Positions 1 through 11,223 of a stretch of DNA of 64,000 nt are shown one piece after another. The stretch covers positions 12,400,001 through 12,464,000 of the forward strand of contig CP075494.1 of the NCBI GenBank assembly GCA_021613535.1, written 5' to 3'. The position numbers were made by a program, and so were the translations under genes. Under the pieces are notes generated by a model. The model made no database searches. It was given only the letters and a program-made list of their open reading frames with translations, and was not told the DNA's origin. Source of the DNA: Adineta vaga. Lineage: Eukaryota > Animalia > Rotifera. Each line of letters begins with the position of its first letter. Position 1 is the first letter of the stretch.

Positions 1-7
1 GAATATC

Positions 8-2405
8 ATGGATTCGGTACCATATACAGAACGACGTAATCCTAAAACCATGAATGTTGATATGGACACTCCAGAAGGTAGAGAGCGATACTTCTTCTGA
101 ATTGATTCGATATAAAATGAAGATTTTGTTTTTTGATCAGGTATTGTGGATCTTTTACATGAATGTAATATGGAAGTTTTTAATGGATATGAAAATCATA
201 AAGTAAATATTGATTTTAGTCAATTATATGTTGATGAAATTTTCATTCTAGGGTTTATCTGATGAAGAAATTTTGAATAAACTTGATCAGTTTGTATCAC
301 TTGTTCGAGCAACATTACAAGTATTGAGTGGATTCATCTCACTAAACTATTTTATTTCGAAAGTAATATTTTATTTAGAATGAAAAAGGTGTGATTGTTA
401 TTAGTGGATGTGGCACATCCGGTCGAATCGGTTTTCTAGCTTGTGTAAGTATTTAATTGGACTCTGAAAAAATTTAGTTTGTTTATTCTGTAGACGTTTT
501 TCAATCAAATATGTCGCCAACAAAATCTTCCTGATAAATATCGGTATATTATTGCCGGTGGAAATAGGTAGGATAATTTCTCTTTAGATATTCAATTCGT
601 TAATAGATGCTTCTTGATATAGTGCTCTGGTTACATCGATTGAAGCATGTGAAGATGATCCAATACTAGGTGCTAAAGAATTAAAAGATATTACTGAATC
701 CTATGAGCATGTTCTTTTTGTTGGTATTACTTGTGGATTATCTGCACCATTCGTTGGTGGTCAACTAGAATATTGTTTGGATAATCAAAAAAAATTCACA
801 CCTATTCTCATTGGTTTTAATCCGATTTCAATGGCACGACGAATATGTGTTCCTAAATGGCCAAATAATCGAACATTTCATGATATTGCATCGCGAATGG
901 AAGCAAACCAAGGAGTATTAGTGATTAATCCAATAGTCGGTCCTGAACCAATTTCTGGTTCATCAAGAATGAAAGGTGGTACAGCAACAAAAGTTATTCT
1001 TGATACAGTTTTTTATTTGGCATCGACAAATACAACAAGCAAAGCAAGTGATATGATTGAAATTTATAAGAACGCAGTCGATACAATGGAAATCGCTGGA
1101 AATGATCTGGCGTCTATTGTTGAACAGGCTGGAGAATGGTAAACAATTATACTTTTGAGTTTTTTCTCTATCATATCTGTCGATTTTAGTTTAAAGAATA
1201 ATGCTTGTATTCGATATGTCGGCTCATCTACATTTGGTATATGGGGTATGATTGATGCATCAGAATGTGTACCAACTTACAATTCTGGTTTGTTATAATT
1301 TTTTGTCATTCTATACTGAATCACATTACATCCACGTTCATAGCTTATAATGATATTCGCGGATTTATGGCAAATGATTATTTTAAACGAAATTTAAATC
1401 CTGGACCACCTAATTCTTTTGTAAGTTAAAAGATGCTTCATAAAGATATATTGCTTTTTTGTATAGATTTCACCTGCATTACACGAAGCTACACCAGATG
1501 ATTTATCGAAAACATTTGAAGATTTACCATCATCAAGTTTGGTGGTTTTTATTGATACAGGTATATATGGACCAACTATTCCAATCTAAACAATTAAATC
1601 ATATCTCTCTTTGAATCCTAGAATTTCACTCACAGAAAACATTAGTGCAAAAACTTCAAGAAAAAGGACATCGCATTGCTTGGATTAAACTTTTAAGTAT
1701 CGAATCATTTGATTCAGTTCGTTTTCTGGCTTTTTTTTTGTTTTGACTTCAAAAATAACAATATTTATTTTCCTATATAGAATTCCAAGGTACAACTCGC
1801 TGATTTTAGTGTTTGCATTCCATCATCGGATACGACGATGCGATATTGTCTAGCTGAACTCATACTTAAATTAAGTTTGAACACAATTTCGACTGGTGCA
1901 CATATTATGAAAGGAAAAGTTTTTCAAAATATTATGATTGATGTTCGCGTCAGGTATGCAATGTTTATGTCTATGCATTGATTTGATTTCAGGTTTGATT
2001 TAGTAATATTAAATTATTTTATCGCGCAATCGACATCATTAAAGTATGTGTTATTATCGAATCAGAGAATCTCGAAAAAATGCCGCCTTTTTCTTTAAGT
2101 CTTTAACTGGTGTTGATCAAGAAATAGCAGAACGAAGTCTTATTCAATCAATACATCAAACCAATGATAAAGTCACGGATAAAACTACAGAAGATCATAT
2201 TTTTGCTGTGGCTAATAATTCTGATCATGTATCAATATAATATTTGTTTTTAATTTCAAGTAGAATCTTGATTGTTTTTTAGATTGTTCCAATTGCTTTG
2301 TTTATGTGTTTGTCGAAATGTTCGTATACACAAGCGAAAAATGAAATTGATAAATGTCCAATAATTCGTGATATTTGCACCCATACCGGTCGATCTTCGC
2401 AATAG
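8..2405 (+). CDS. GCKR: Glucokinase regulatory protein-like (SIS-domain, MurQ/GCKR family), multi-exon
   Basis: Manual splicing of short GT-AG introns gives MDSVPYTERRNPKT..., SGCGTSGRIGFL, GITCGLSAPFVGGQL, GPEPISGSSRMKGGTATK, STGAHIMKGKVFQNIMIDV and a last exon IVPIALFM...RSSQ* (TAG 2403-2405). These are motifs of GCKR/MurQ SIS proteins. Confidence 0.88.
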
Positions 2406-3597
2406 TTTTGCTTTTATTTATTTCCACATCTTAAGAGAAATTATATTACTGGAATTGCTTTTCTTAAAAATAAACTATTTTAATAAGGTGCACTATACTA
2501 CACTTATTTGCTTTACTAAGTCTTTTACAAATACAACGAAGAAATTATAATATAGAAGGGAGCAGAAATAACCATTTGAGAATACTTTAAGTTCATTAAA
2601 ATCTTCCTACAGACGTTTACTCCTACACCGTGAATCGTTTGCTTACAAAAGAACAAAACGATATTGTAGCAAAATATAAATATTTACTCGTCATATCAAT
2701 CTTCTATCATCTGATGAAACAATTCTCAGTCGTTATTAACATATCTAAATCTCTTTAAATTTGGACTGAATGTACGTTCATATTAACATCAGCTATTCTT
2801 AGTGAACATCAATGATAATTTTTGTGTCAGTATGGCTCATCGACTACTGTTTATCCTAGTTAATCACTTGTTGATGTACCATTCACATCTATTTTCGTCT
2901 TCATTTTTAACAAAACTATACATCACTGTATCGATATCCGCTTTTTCAGTTGACAGTCATCTTCATCAATTGTATACAATTTATATTCGGATTTTATATA
3001 ATAATACTTCATCGATTATCATTCATACCACACTAAATCGGATGATTAGATTACTCATTGTAGGATAATTTGTATCAATCGAAATGCTTCTCATCAATGT
3101 GTCATAGTCACATACGTTCATATGATACTGAAATGCTACTATTACTTCGACGAACATTTACAAATGATGTTTATTCGCATCTTCAATGCAATATGTCTAT
3201 TTTTTAACACGTAGTATTCTATGCCTTGAATCTACACTTTCATTTCAAGTTGATTATCATCAATCTTTAACGAATAATTCACAAATCTATATAAACGATT
3301 TAGTATAATTTGCGAATGAATTTTTTCCTTCGACTAAACATCTGAATATAATGAATATCTAAATCATTGGAAGAAAACAATCCAAATCAATCATGTAAAA
3401 CTAGTGTACATTAGGACAATGACTTTCCATTGTAATTGCATCTTTTTATTGGATCCAATAAATCATCTTCTAACTTTTGTCTTCTATAGAATTCATTGTT
3501 ATATGAATATTGAAAATGAATTGATGTGTGCAAGCATTTCATATCGTTATTATAATATGTATAATCAATGAAACAAATACTAAATATTAGTATAGAC

Positions 3598-3716
3598 GCT
3601 TACGGCCATACCACGTTGAATACACCAGTTCTCGTCCGATCACTGAAGTTAAGCAACGTCGGGCTCGGTTAGTACTTGGATGGGTGACCGCCTGGGAATA
3701 CCGAGTGTCGTAAGCT
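3598..3716 (+). rRNA. 5S rRNA (cluster 1, copy 1)
   Basis: 119-nt GCTTACGGCCATACC...GTCGTAAGCT with complementary ends, box A (AGTTAAGC), box C (TGGATGGG) and a downstream T-run. Confidence 0.98.
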
Positions 3717-3741
3717 CTTTTTTTTCATTCTTTTTTCTCCT
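3716..3741 (+). terminator. Pol III oligo-T terminator (similar after every full 5S copy)
   Basis: T-runs directly 3' of the 5S end, followed by a second T-run. Confidence 0.85.
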
Positions 3742-3986
3742 TTTCACATTTATATCACGCTTAGAACTTTTTCATCCAGATTTTCAATTCAATCTTCGCC
3801 TTTTGTCGATCACAAGCTGTATCAATCGAAATCAACGCCTATCAGGTGATTATATTTTAGAATGATGCTATCTGTGTTTTTTAACTACAGACAAACATCC
3901 ATAGTTTTCAATTGAAATAGACAATAGTCGAAAACGAATATATAGTTCTGATAGAGTTAAAAGCGGCCAATATCCGTTAGTTGTAC

Positions 3987-4105
3987 GCTTACGGCCATAC
4001 CACGTTGAATACACCAGTTCTCGTCCGATCACTGAAGTTAAGCAACGTCGGGCTCGGTTAGTACTTGGATGGGTGACCGCCTGGGAATACCGAGTGTCGT
4101 AAGCT
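3987..4105 (+). rRNA. 5S rRNA (cluster 1, copy 2)
   Basis: Identical to copy 1. Confidence 0.98.
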
Positions 4106-4349
4106 TTTCTTTCATTCTTTTTTCTCCTTTTCACATTTATACCGTGCTAGAACTTTTTCATCCAGATTTTCAATTCGACCTTCATTTTTTGTCGATGACA
4201 AGCTGTATCAATCGAAATCAACGCCTATCAGGTGATTATATTTTGTAATGATGCTATCTGTGTTTTTTAACTACAGATAAGCATCGACAGTCGAAAACTG
4301 ATATATACCTATGTTAGAATTAACAGCGACCAATATTCGTTAGTTGTAT

Positions 4350-4468
4350 GCTTACGGCCATACCACGTTGAATACACCAGTTCTCGTCCGATCACTGAAG
4401 TTAAGCAACGTCGGGCTCGGTTAGTACTTGGATGGGTGACCGCCTGGGAATACCGAGTGTCGTAAGCT
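4350..4468 (+). rRNA. 5S rRNA (cluster 1, copy 3)
   Basis: Identical to copy 1. Confidence 0.98.
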
Positions 4469-4713
4469 CTTTTTTTTCATTCTTTTTCTCCTTTTCACAT
4501 TTATACCGTGCTAGAACTTTTTCATCCAGATTTTCAATTCGACCTTCATTTTTTGTCGATGACAAGCTGTATCAATCGAAATCAACGCCTATCAGGTGAT
4601 TATATTTTGTAATGATGCTATCTGTGTTTTTTAACTACAGATAAGCATCGACAGTCGAAAACTGATATATACCTATGTTAGAATTAACAGCGACCAATAT
4701 TCGTTAGTTGTAC

Positions 4714-4832
4714 GCTTACGGCCATACCACGTTGAATACACCAGTTCTCGTCCGATCACTGAAGTTAAGCAACGTCGGGCTCGGTTAGTACTTGGATGGG
4801 TGACCGCCTGGGAATACCGAGTGTCGTAAGCT
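4714..4832 (+). rRNA. 5S rRNA (cluster 1, copy 4)
   Basis: Identical to copy 1. Confidence 0.98.
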
Positions 4833-5018
4833 CTTTTTTTTTCATTCTTTTTTCTCCTTTTCACATTTATATCACGCTTAGAACTTTTTCATCCAGATTT
4901 TCAATTCAATCTTCGCCTTTTGTCGATGACAAGCTGTATCAATCGAAATCAACGCCTATCAGGTGATTATATTTTAGAATGATGCTATCTGTGTTCTTTA
5001 ACTACAGACAAACATCTA

Positions 5019-5408
5019 CATTCTAAAGAAAAAAGGATCTTCTCCTGCACGCAAAAAGGTTTCGTGTAAAACGTTTTTCCAAAAAGAGATTGAAGGTTCC
5101 GTACCAAAGGTTGGGAGGTTTACAGATATATATTAGGTTCCGCATAAACTAGGCAGAACCTTTAGAGCACCTACTGAATCTCTAGCAGTTGCGTATGAAA
5201 GATGCATAACCATCAGTAGTTTGGTTTGACACACAAAAAGCTTATTGGAGGTTTAGTAGGAAACTACGGAATTGCGTGTAAATTTCTGAATCCAAAAAGG
5301 TTTTCTTTGACAGCTACGGAAATTTTTCCATTCTGCCAAACTTATAAAAGTTCGCCACAGAACTACTGAACCCTTAAAGTTTAGTAAAATAACTTCTTCT
5401 TTAGAGCG
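5019..5408. mobile_element. Non-autonomous DNA transposon / MITE, ~390 bp
   Basis: ta|cattctaaagaa ... ttctttagagcg|ta: imperfect terminal inverted repeats flanked by TA, internal ggttcc/gaacc motifs, no ORF. It begins where 5S spacer homology stops. Confidence 0.6.
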
Positions 5409-5698
5409 TAGAAGACTCACGAAGAATTAAATACATAGTACAAAAAAGATCTACTCGAAAGTAAATCATGCCTAAAGGAAATGAATGGGAAATTATCACA
5501 AAAAACAAAGTCTTTTCATCTTTATTAATTAAACTATAACAAACAATAAATGTCCGAAATTCGTTTCTTAATATTAAACAGTCAGTTTACTCCCGAAAGT
5601 TTTAGTTGTTTAAAATAGTAACAACGAGTTTAGCAACGAAATTTCGTACCTTTCTCATTTTTCAATTTATTTAAACGGAAAAACGATGAAGAAAACAA

Positions 5699-5802
5699 GG
5701 GTCAACCTGACTTTGGTCGAAAGGTAATATGTCGAAAAAAGACATGTAGATGGTACCGTTTTTCTTCGACATTTTTCTTTTCGATCAAAGTCTGGTGAAT
5801 CC
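5699..5802. repeat. ~104-bp imperfect palindrome (mini-MITE-like)
   Basis: gggtcaacctgactttggtcgaaa pairs imperfectly with tttcgatcaaagtctggtgaatcc; the inner atgtcgaa/ttcgacat pair also matches. Confidence 0.55.
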
Positions 5803-5941
5803 GATCGTGCTGTTGTTGCAGGTTTTCCTAACATGATCGTGAAATCGTGTTCTTATTGGAAATATATAGAGTCTGGAGTGTCTGTGAATGGAAATGAAGA
5901 TATATGTGAGAAACATGTCAAGAGAAAACTAGTGCTTTTAC

Positions 5942-7364
5942 CTTGTTATACTGTAATGCAGCAGCGAAAAGTTTTGCTTCAAAATCTCCGATTTTATTCA
6001 TTTGAAGATCCAGTTTCTTGAGTGACTGTTAATAGAGAAAAGTATGAATATGCGGGAAATAAAGAGCACACAGCAATGATCACCTTGTTATCTCGTATTG
6101 CAGTAGCCAAATATTGAGCTCCTACACGTGTAATTCGATTGTCGACAAGACGTAGATCAGTCAATGTCTGTAGACAGCAGTGATGATGACAGATGTAAGA
6201 AACAGGTGAAGAAAATATTACGACTTTTACCTGGTTATCTTGCAATGCAGCAGCGAGATATTGTACACCAACATCTCCAATTTCACCGCTTTCGATATGC
6301 AATGTGGTGAGTGCCTACAAATAGAGACAAAGATAGATGTGAATAACAAGCGAAGAGAAAATTATGACTTCCACCTCGTTGTCTCGCAACATAGCAGCGA
6401 AATGTTGAGCTCCAACAGCTCCAATTTGATTTCCTCCAATCAATAGCTTGTTGAGTGTCTACAAATTGAGATGACAATTAACATGAAAGAGGTAAAGTGG
6501 AAATGAGGATGATCACCTTGTTATCTCGTAATGCAGTAGTGAGATGCCGAGCTCCAATTTGTGTGATTTTATTGTTGGCAATGTACAGCCCGGTGAGTGT
6601 CTGCAGATAGGGTTGACGATAGATGTGACACATTATTAGATAAAGAAAAAATGCTGATGATTACTTCGTTATGTCGTAGTGCATCAGCAATATAATGAGC
6701 TCCATTATCGCCAATGTTGTTGTAGTGAAGATTCAAATAAGTAAGAGTCTGTCCATAGAGTTGAAGATAGATGAAAAAATAATGAACGTAATTACTTTGT
6801 TATGTTGTAATGCATTAGCGAGATATTGTGCACCTATATGTCCGATGCGATTTTGCTGAAGATCTAGTTCCTTGAGTGTCTGTTTATAGAGAGAAAGATG
6901 AACATACGCGAGAAAAAGAGAAAATAAGAATGATCACTTTGCTATCTCGTAAAATAGTAGCGATATATTGTGCTGCAACATCTGGAAGTTTTCGCATCGT
7001 AATGCTCAGGCTAGAGTGTGTCTTTAAATAGAAATAAAAATAAACTTTTACGAAATGAATGGGAAATATTAGAAGATAATAACGTAGGAAAGAAGTTTAT
7101 GTATGCTTCTATAAAATTCATGTGATTAGAAAGTTATTTTTTGCTTTCTATGGTTTCTCAAAGTAACAAAGTAAAATTTATAATTTTCATTTGTCTATAG
7201 ATAAAGCTTACTTCATTCCGATAATAACTCAACACAGTTGCATCTAGTCTTGTACAAACATTGAGCATTGTGCATACGATGTTGTATAAGCTGAGATTGT
7301 CAAGGATCCGATAAATCAACTCCACAGGCAGTGTATGAAGAGAATGTATATTATTGTTCACCAT
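5942..7364 (-). CDS. F-box-like + RNI-type leucine-rich-repeat protein; final exon not resolved
   Basis: Exon 1 has LHTLPVELIYRILDNL (F-box-like). Eight ~84-nt exons follow, each one 28-aa LRR (e.g. TLTDLRLVDNRITRVGAQYLATAIRDNK, SLKKLDLQMNKIGDFEAKLFAAALQYNK), separated by ~50-65-nt introns. Confidence 0.82.
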
Positions 7365-8798
7365 CGTGTCAAATTGTTGATTTCTATGTTTTTCTGAAAA
7401 ACGAAAACTATATATCGTCTTTTAGTCTTGATTTCGTGAAATGTGATCACATAGTTTCCATTACATAGCCATCTACGGATCTTACTAGCTTCATATTCTT
7501 TAATTGTATATATATACCTTTTCAATTATTGAATTCATTTTTCAACAAAAGATATTGAATTAATAATTATTTTCTACGAAGTAAATGTCTGTTAGATGTA
7601 TAGAAAACGATCTGACTGAGAAAAACCTCACCCTCAACACCCTCAAGATTACTGAATATGATAAAATGTAGCGAAGCTTTTTGGTACATATTATTCTAAA
7701 TTATTACGTAAAATACTATAATATCTGCGAATACTCAGTTGTCAAAACCTAAACTGTCGTAAGATCATATTCATCAACAAAATTCGAGAAACCAGTCCAG
7801 GTCCACTCGGTCGGTCCCCTGTTTACGCTATTGGATAATATATCTTGCTAATCTCACTCTTTAACCGTCACCCTCAATTTTTTAGTGTATAGTTGCGCTG
7901 GATGCTCTATCCTGTTTATTCCACAATACTAAAAACAAATAATATGATACTCATCGTTTAGTGTAGTCTCATTGAGAAAACAGATGAAACATTGTGAAGA
8001 ATACCATCTTATTCCATGAGGAGAAACTGAAATAACACACATACAACCACACGAAGAAAAAACAATATATCCATAGGAAAATCCGAGAGTATAAGCACAT
8101 GTATATGACTTAACAATTGCCATTTATATACAACTGACTCAAGACCGAAGACGAAGGAGGTGATTCATCATGGCTGAAAGCCATAAAAACACACGATAAA
8201 CATGTGCTGTACGCACATGGAATTGGAAATAACAATACGAAAAACGAAACCATCGAATAGTGGAAGCCACAATGTTATTGAAAGTAAATAGTCTATGTTG
8301 GAAAAAAGGAAAAAAATGTCAAGTACTGTATGTATATGAAGATATATCGTTTTTATACTTACACTGCGAAACACATATTTTCGATATCGTTTGAACAATA
8401 ATTTTATTTCGTTGAATTTTTTTAACATTAACAGTACTTTCTTTCAAATATGAGTGTAGATACCAATGGTGGAGAAAGGAAAGATAACTCTGAAATTTTC
8501 AAGCACATACTTTCAACATAGCTACTAAGAAGGAATCCAAAGGTTAACTTTAAATTCATGTATTCACTGTAAGATATCTTGTGTTACAGTTCTTTTCTAA
8601 CCGTGATGAAGGTAGAGAGAAAATCTCGTCTTTAGTGTTATGGAATATTACAAAAACATTCCATAGGGAATTATCCAACATATATTCTTTCTTTCTATTG
8701 TCTATACCCTATATCAGTCTTCTGGTTTTTTCCCCAGTCAGATTTGTGTTGGCAGTAGTGAAGGGAATTTCTCTATGACATGTGGAAACTACCTAACG

Positions 8799-8802
<4 letters not shown>

Positions 8803-8830
<28 letters not shown>
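8803..8830. repeat. (TA)n microsatellite
   Basis: Direct reading. Confidence 0.9.
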
Positions 8831-8835
<5 letters not shown>

Positions 8836-9086
8836 TTATTTATTCATATAGATCCAATATTTTGCGTGTTTGTAAGATTATTATTGAAGTTACCAATAAA
8901 CATAGAGGATAATTATACGACTTGTCTCTTTAACATATTGGTTAGACGAGGACATAATATTTTAATTTCATTTAATAGAGTCAAACAATTAATTTTGATT
9001 TTAGAAAAATCTCGTTAATCGAATAAACAAAATTATTTGAATTAAAAGTTTATATCTTTCTGACTTCTAAAACAAATACTGAAAAC

Positions 9087-9392
9087 ATGCAAGATCCAGT
9101 TGAATCAGACGAAAGTGAAGATATAAATGATTATGATGATGATGATGACGATGAACAATCTGGCGAATCTGAAACAAGTGAAGGTGTAGTTGGAATGGAT
9201 TATTTTGAAGACGAAGGACAATTTATACACGAAGAAGATAATAGTGATGATGATATGGGACAACCAGATGAAGCAGACAAATTTCTAGCAAATTCAGAAA
9301 TGCTCAAACTTGGCGAAAAAAAAGTTAAAGTAGACCAACAAAATTGTGACGAGCTTAACAAAAATATTTATAAACATAAATTTTCTTCTGAA
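9087..9392 (+). CDS. Acidic (D/E-rich) exon, probable first exon of the downstream TIR-NACHT-HEAT gene
   Basis: ATG-started acidic frame ending GAA|gtaagt (phase 0). It joins in frame to the acceptor tttag|GAA at 11224. Confidence 0.5.
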
Positions 9393-11223
9393 GTAAGTGT
9401 TTGACTTCATGAAAAAATTGCGTTTTTATCTTAAAGGATATTATTTAAATAATGTTCCAAAACAGGCGACGGTAAATATTTGTTTAAAGAGTAAAACCGA
9501 GAAGACTTTCTAGACTACTGAATTATTTGTGGAAGTTCCATAGGTTTATCATTTGCTATTATGAACAAAAATAGTTTATTAAGTCAGAATTAATATAGTT
9601 ACTCTTTCATACATTGCATAAATTATATTTCGATAAATTGTCTAGTGGGTGTGACTTATTAGGAAAAGCAATGCGATTTTACGTTTCTCTATTTATTCTA
9701 TATTACAAACAGAAAAATGTCGAAAAATTTAGTATGGAAAACTAAATCTTGATTATTTTTTCCTTGATTAAAAATTAACGAAAGTTTATATGCTAGATTG
9801 TAGCATTCATTTGTTTTTCAACAAAGTTATAATAATAGAAATCAAAATAGAATATGAAACATGATATATGTCGTTTTCTGTTACTACTAGTAGTTAATCT
9901 TAATCGTCAAAAATATCTGATAGGTTCTATTGATTTGCTGCAGTACAGATACATACTGTTGGGTTTTGAGTGGTGAAAGAATATGTTCTCATTGTTCTTT
10001 CCAATAAAGTTTCTAGTAGAATTTAACTTTTTATATTGCACAAAAATCTTGAACTTTTACCCTTTTCTGTGTTAAATTACCTTACTTAATCTTATATTTA
10101 AATCTTGCGCACTGTAAGAGATTGTAAAACTACACATATTTGTCAGATGATGTTTCACGTTGATCATATCAGTTAGATTTGAAAGTATGTCAAGTACATT
10201 CACTCACTAGTTACGACAGAATCCTACAGGAATCTTTGTGACGGAATTGCATTGAGTTCCGTCGGACAATTCAATTGAAATTTGTCGAATGTTGGAAATT
10301 TTACGAGCGTTCATTTTAGCTATAATAGAGAACATCCACTTTGACGCATCGAATCTGAGTGGTGGAAAACACTCAAATATTTATCGATTATAACAAACAG
10401 TAACTTATTCACATCATGCATTTACTCACTATACATTGACGAAGATGTGTGTAGAATCATAATTTTTCACTTATCAACATCATAAATCGTTTGTTATACA
10501 CTTTAAAGAGTTTATTGAGCTCATATACAAAGCTAAAAAAGCGCATAATAAAATACTTTTCTGAAAGCTTTATGAGTTTAGTAAGCTTTTTTTAAGTGAT
10601 ATATATATGCTTATATACCATAATAGGCGACCAAATAATCGAGGTAGAAAAGAAAAATAGTTACCATTTTTTCCTCAGAGCATCTTGATGTGTCCGATCA
10701 TAGTGTATTTCAGTCTATATAATAGATTTTTAGTACTAAGACCTACCAAATATCAATTTTCTATAAGGGAAAAGAGTTTTAGTAAAGATATTGAAGCCTG
10801 ATATTTCTAAAATCGCTAAAAGAGAGCACTTGAGAACTTTGCATCCATCACAGCAGTTGTTTTTTTACGAGAACTATCGAGCTCAAAATATTCATGAATT
10901 TCAGCAGTCGGTTCTTTGTAATTTTTATTTAAAAAAACCAACCCATTTTTCGTGGCTTTTAGAATTACATCTTTCTAAGGACTATTGCATTCTTAATTGA
11001 GTGCATTTAACACAAGTAAGAATACGTACGCATATCACTTCTCTCGTTAGTAGTGGGTTTAATTGATATAATTAAGTGATGCTTTCGATGTTGCACATAT
11101 TATGCAGCTATCGATAGCATACTAAATCTCTCTTATTCCACAAAATATACTCCATTTATGCAACAGATAACCTTATCAGCGAACTACGACAAAATAGTTA
11201 TTAGAATATTTCTCAATTTTTAG

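Larger units (their letters stand above)
3583..5016 (+). repeat. 5S rDNA tandem cluster 1 (4 units)
   Basis: Start-to-start periods 389, 363, 364 bp with homologous spacers. Confidence 0.95.

Noticed and set aside
3598-4832. Repeat-spacer pattern suggesting a CRISPR-like array
   Set aside because: The repeats are 119-nt 5S genes, the spacers are homologous to each other, there are no cas genes, and the context is eukaryotic.
7900-8430. Hydrophobic minus-strand ORF fragments, possibly a decayed membrane-protein gene
   Set aside because: No recognisable family motif or consistent frame; AT-rich DNA yields such ORFs by chance.
10600-11000. TE-like low-coding sequence (similar character at ~53800-54340)
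   Set aside because: I could not define termini or a target duplication by eye.
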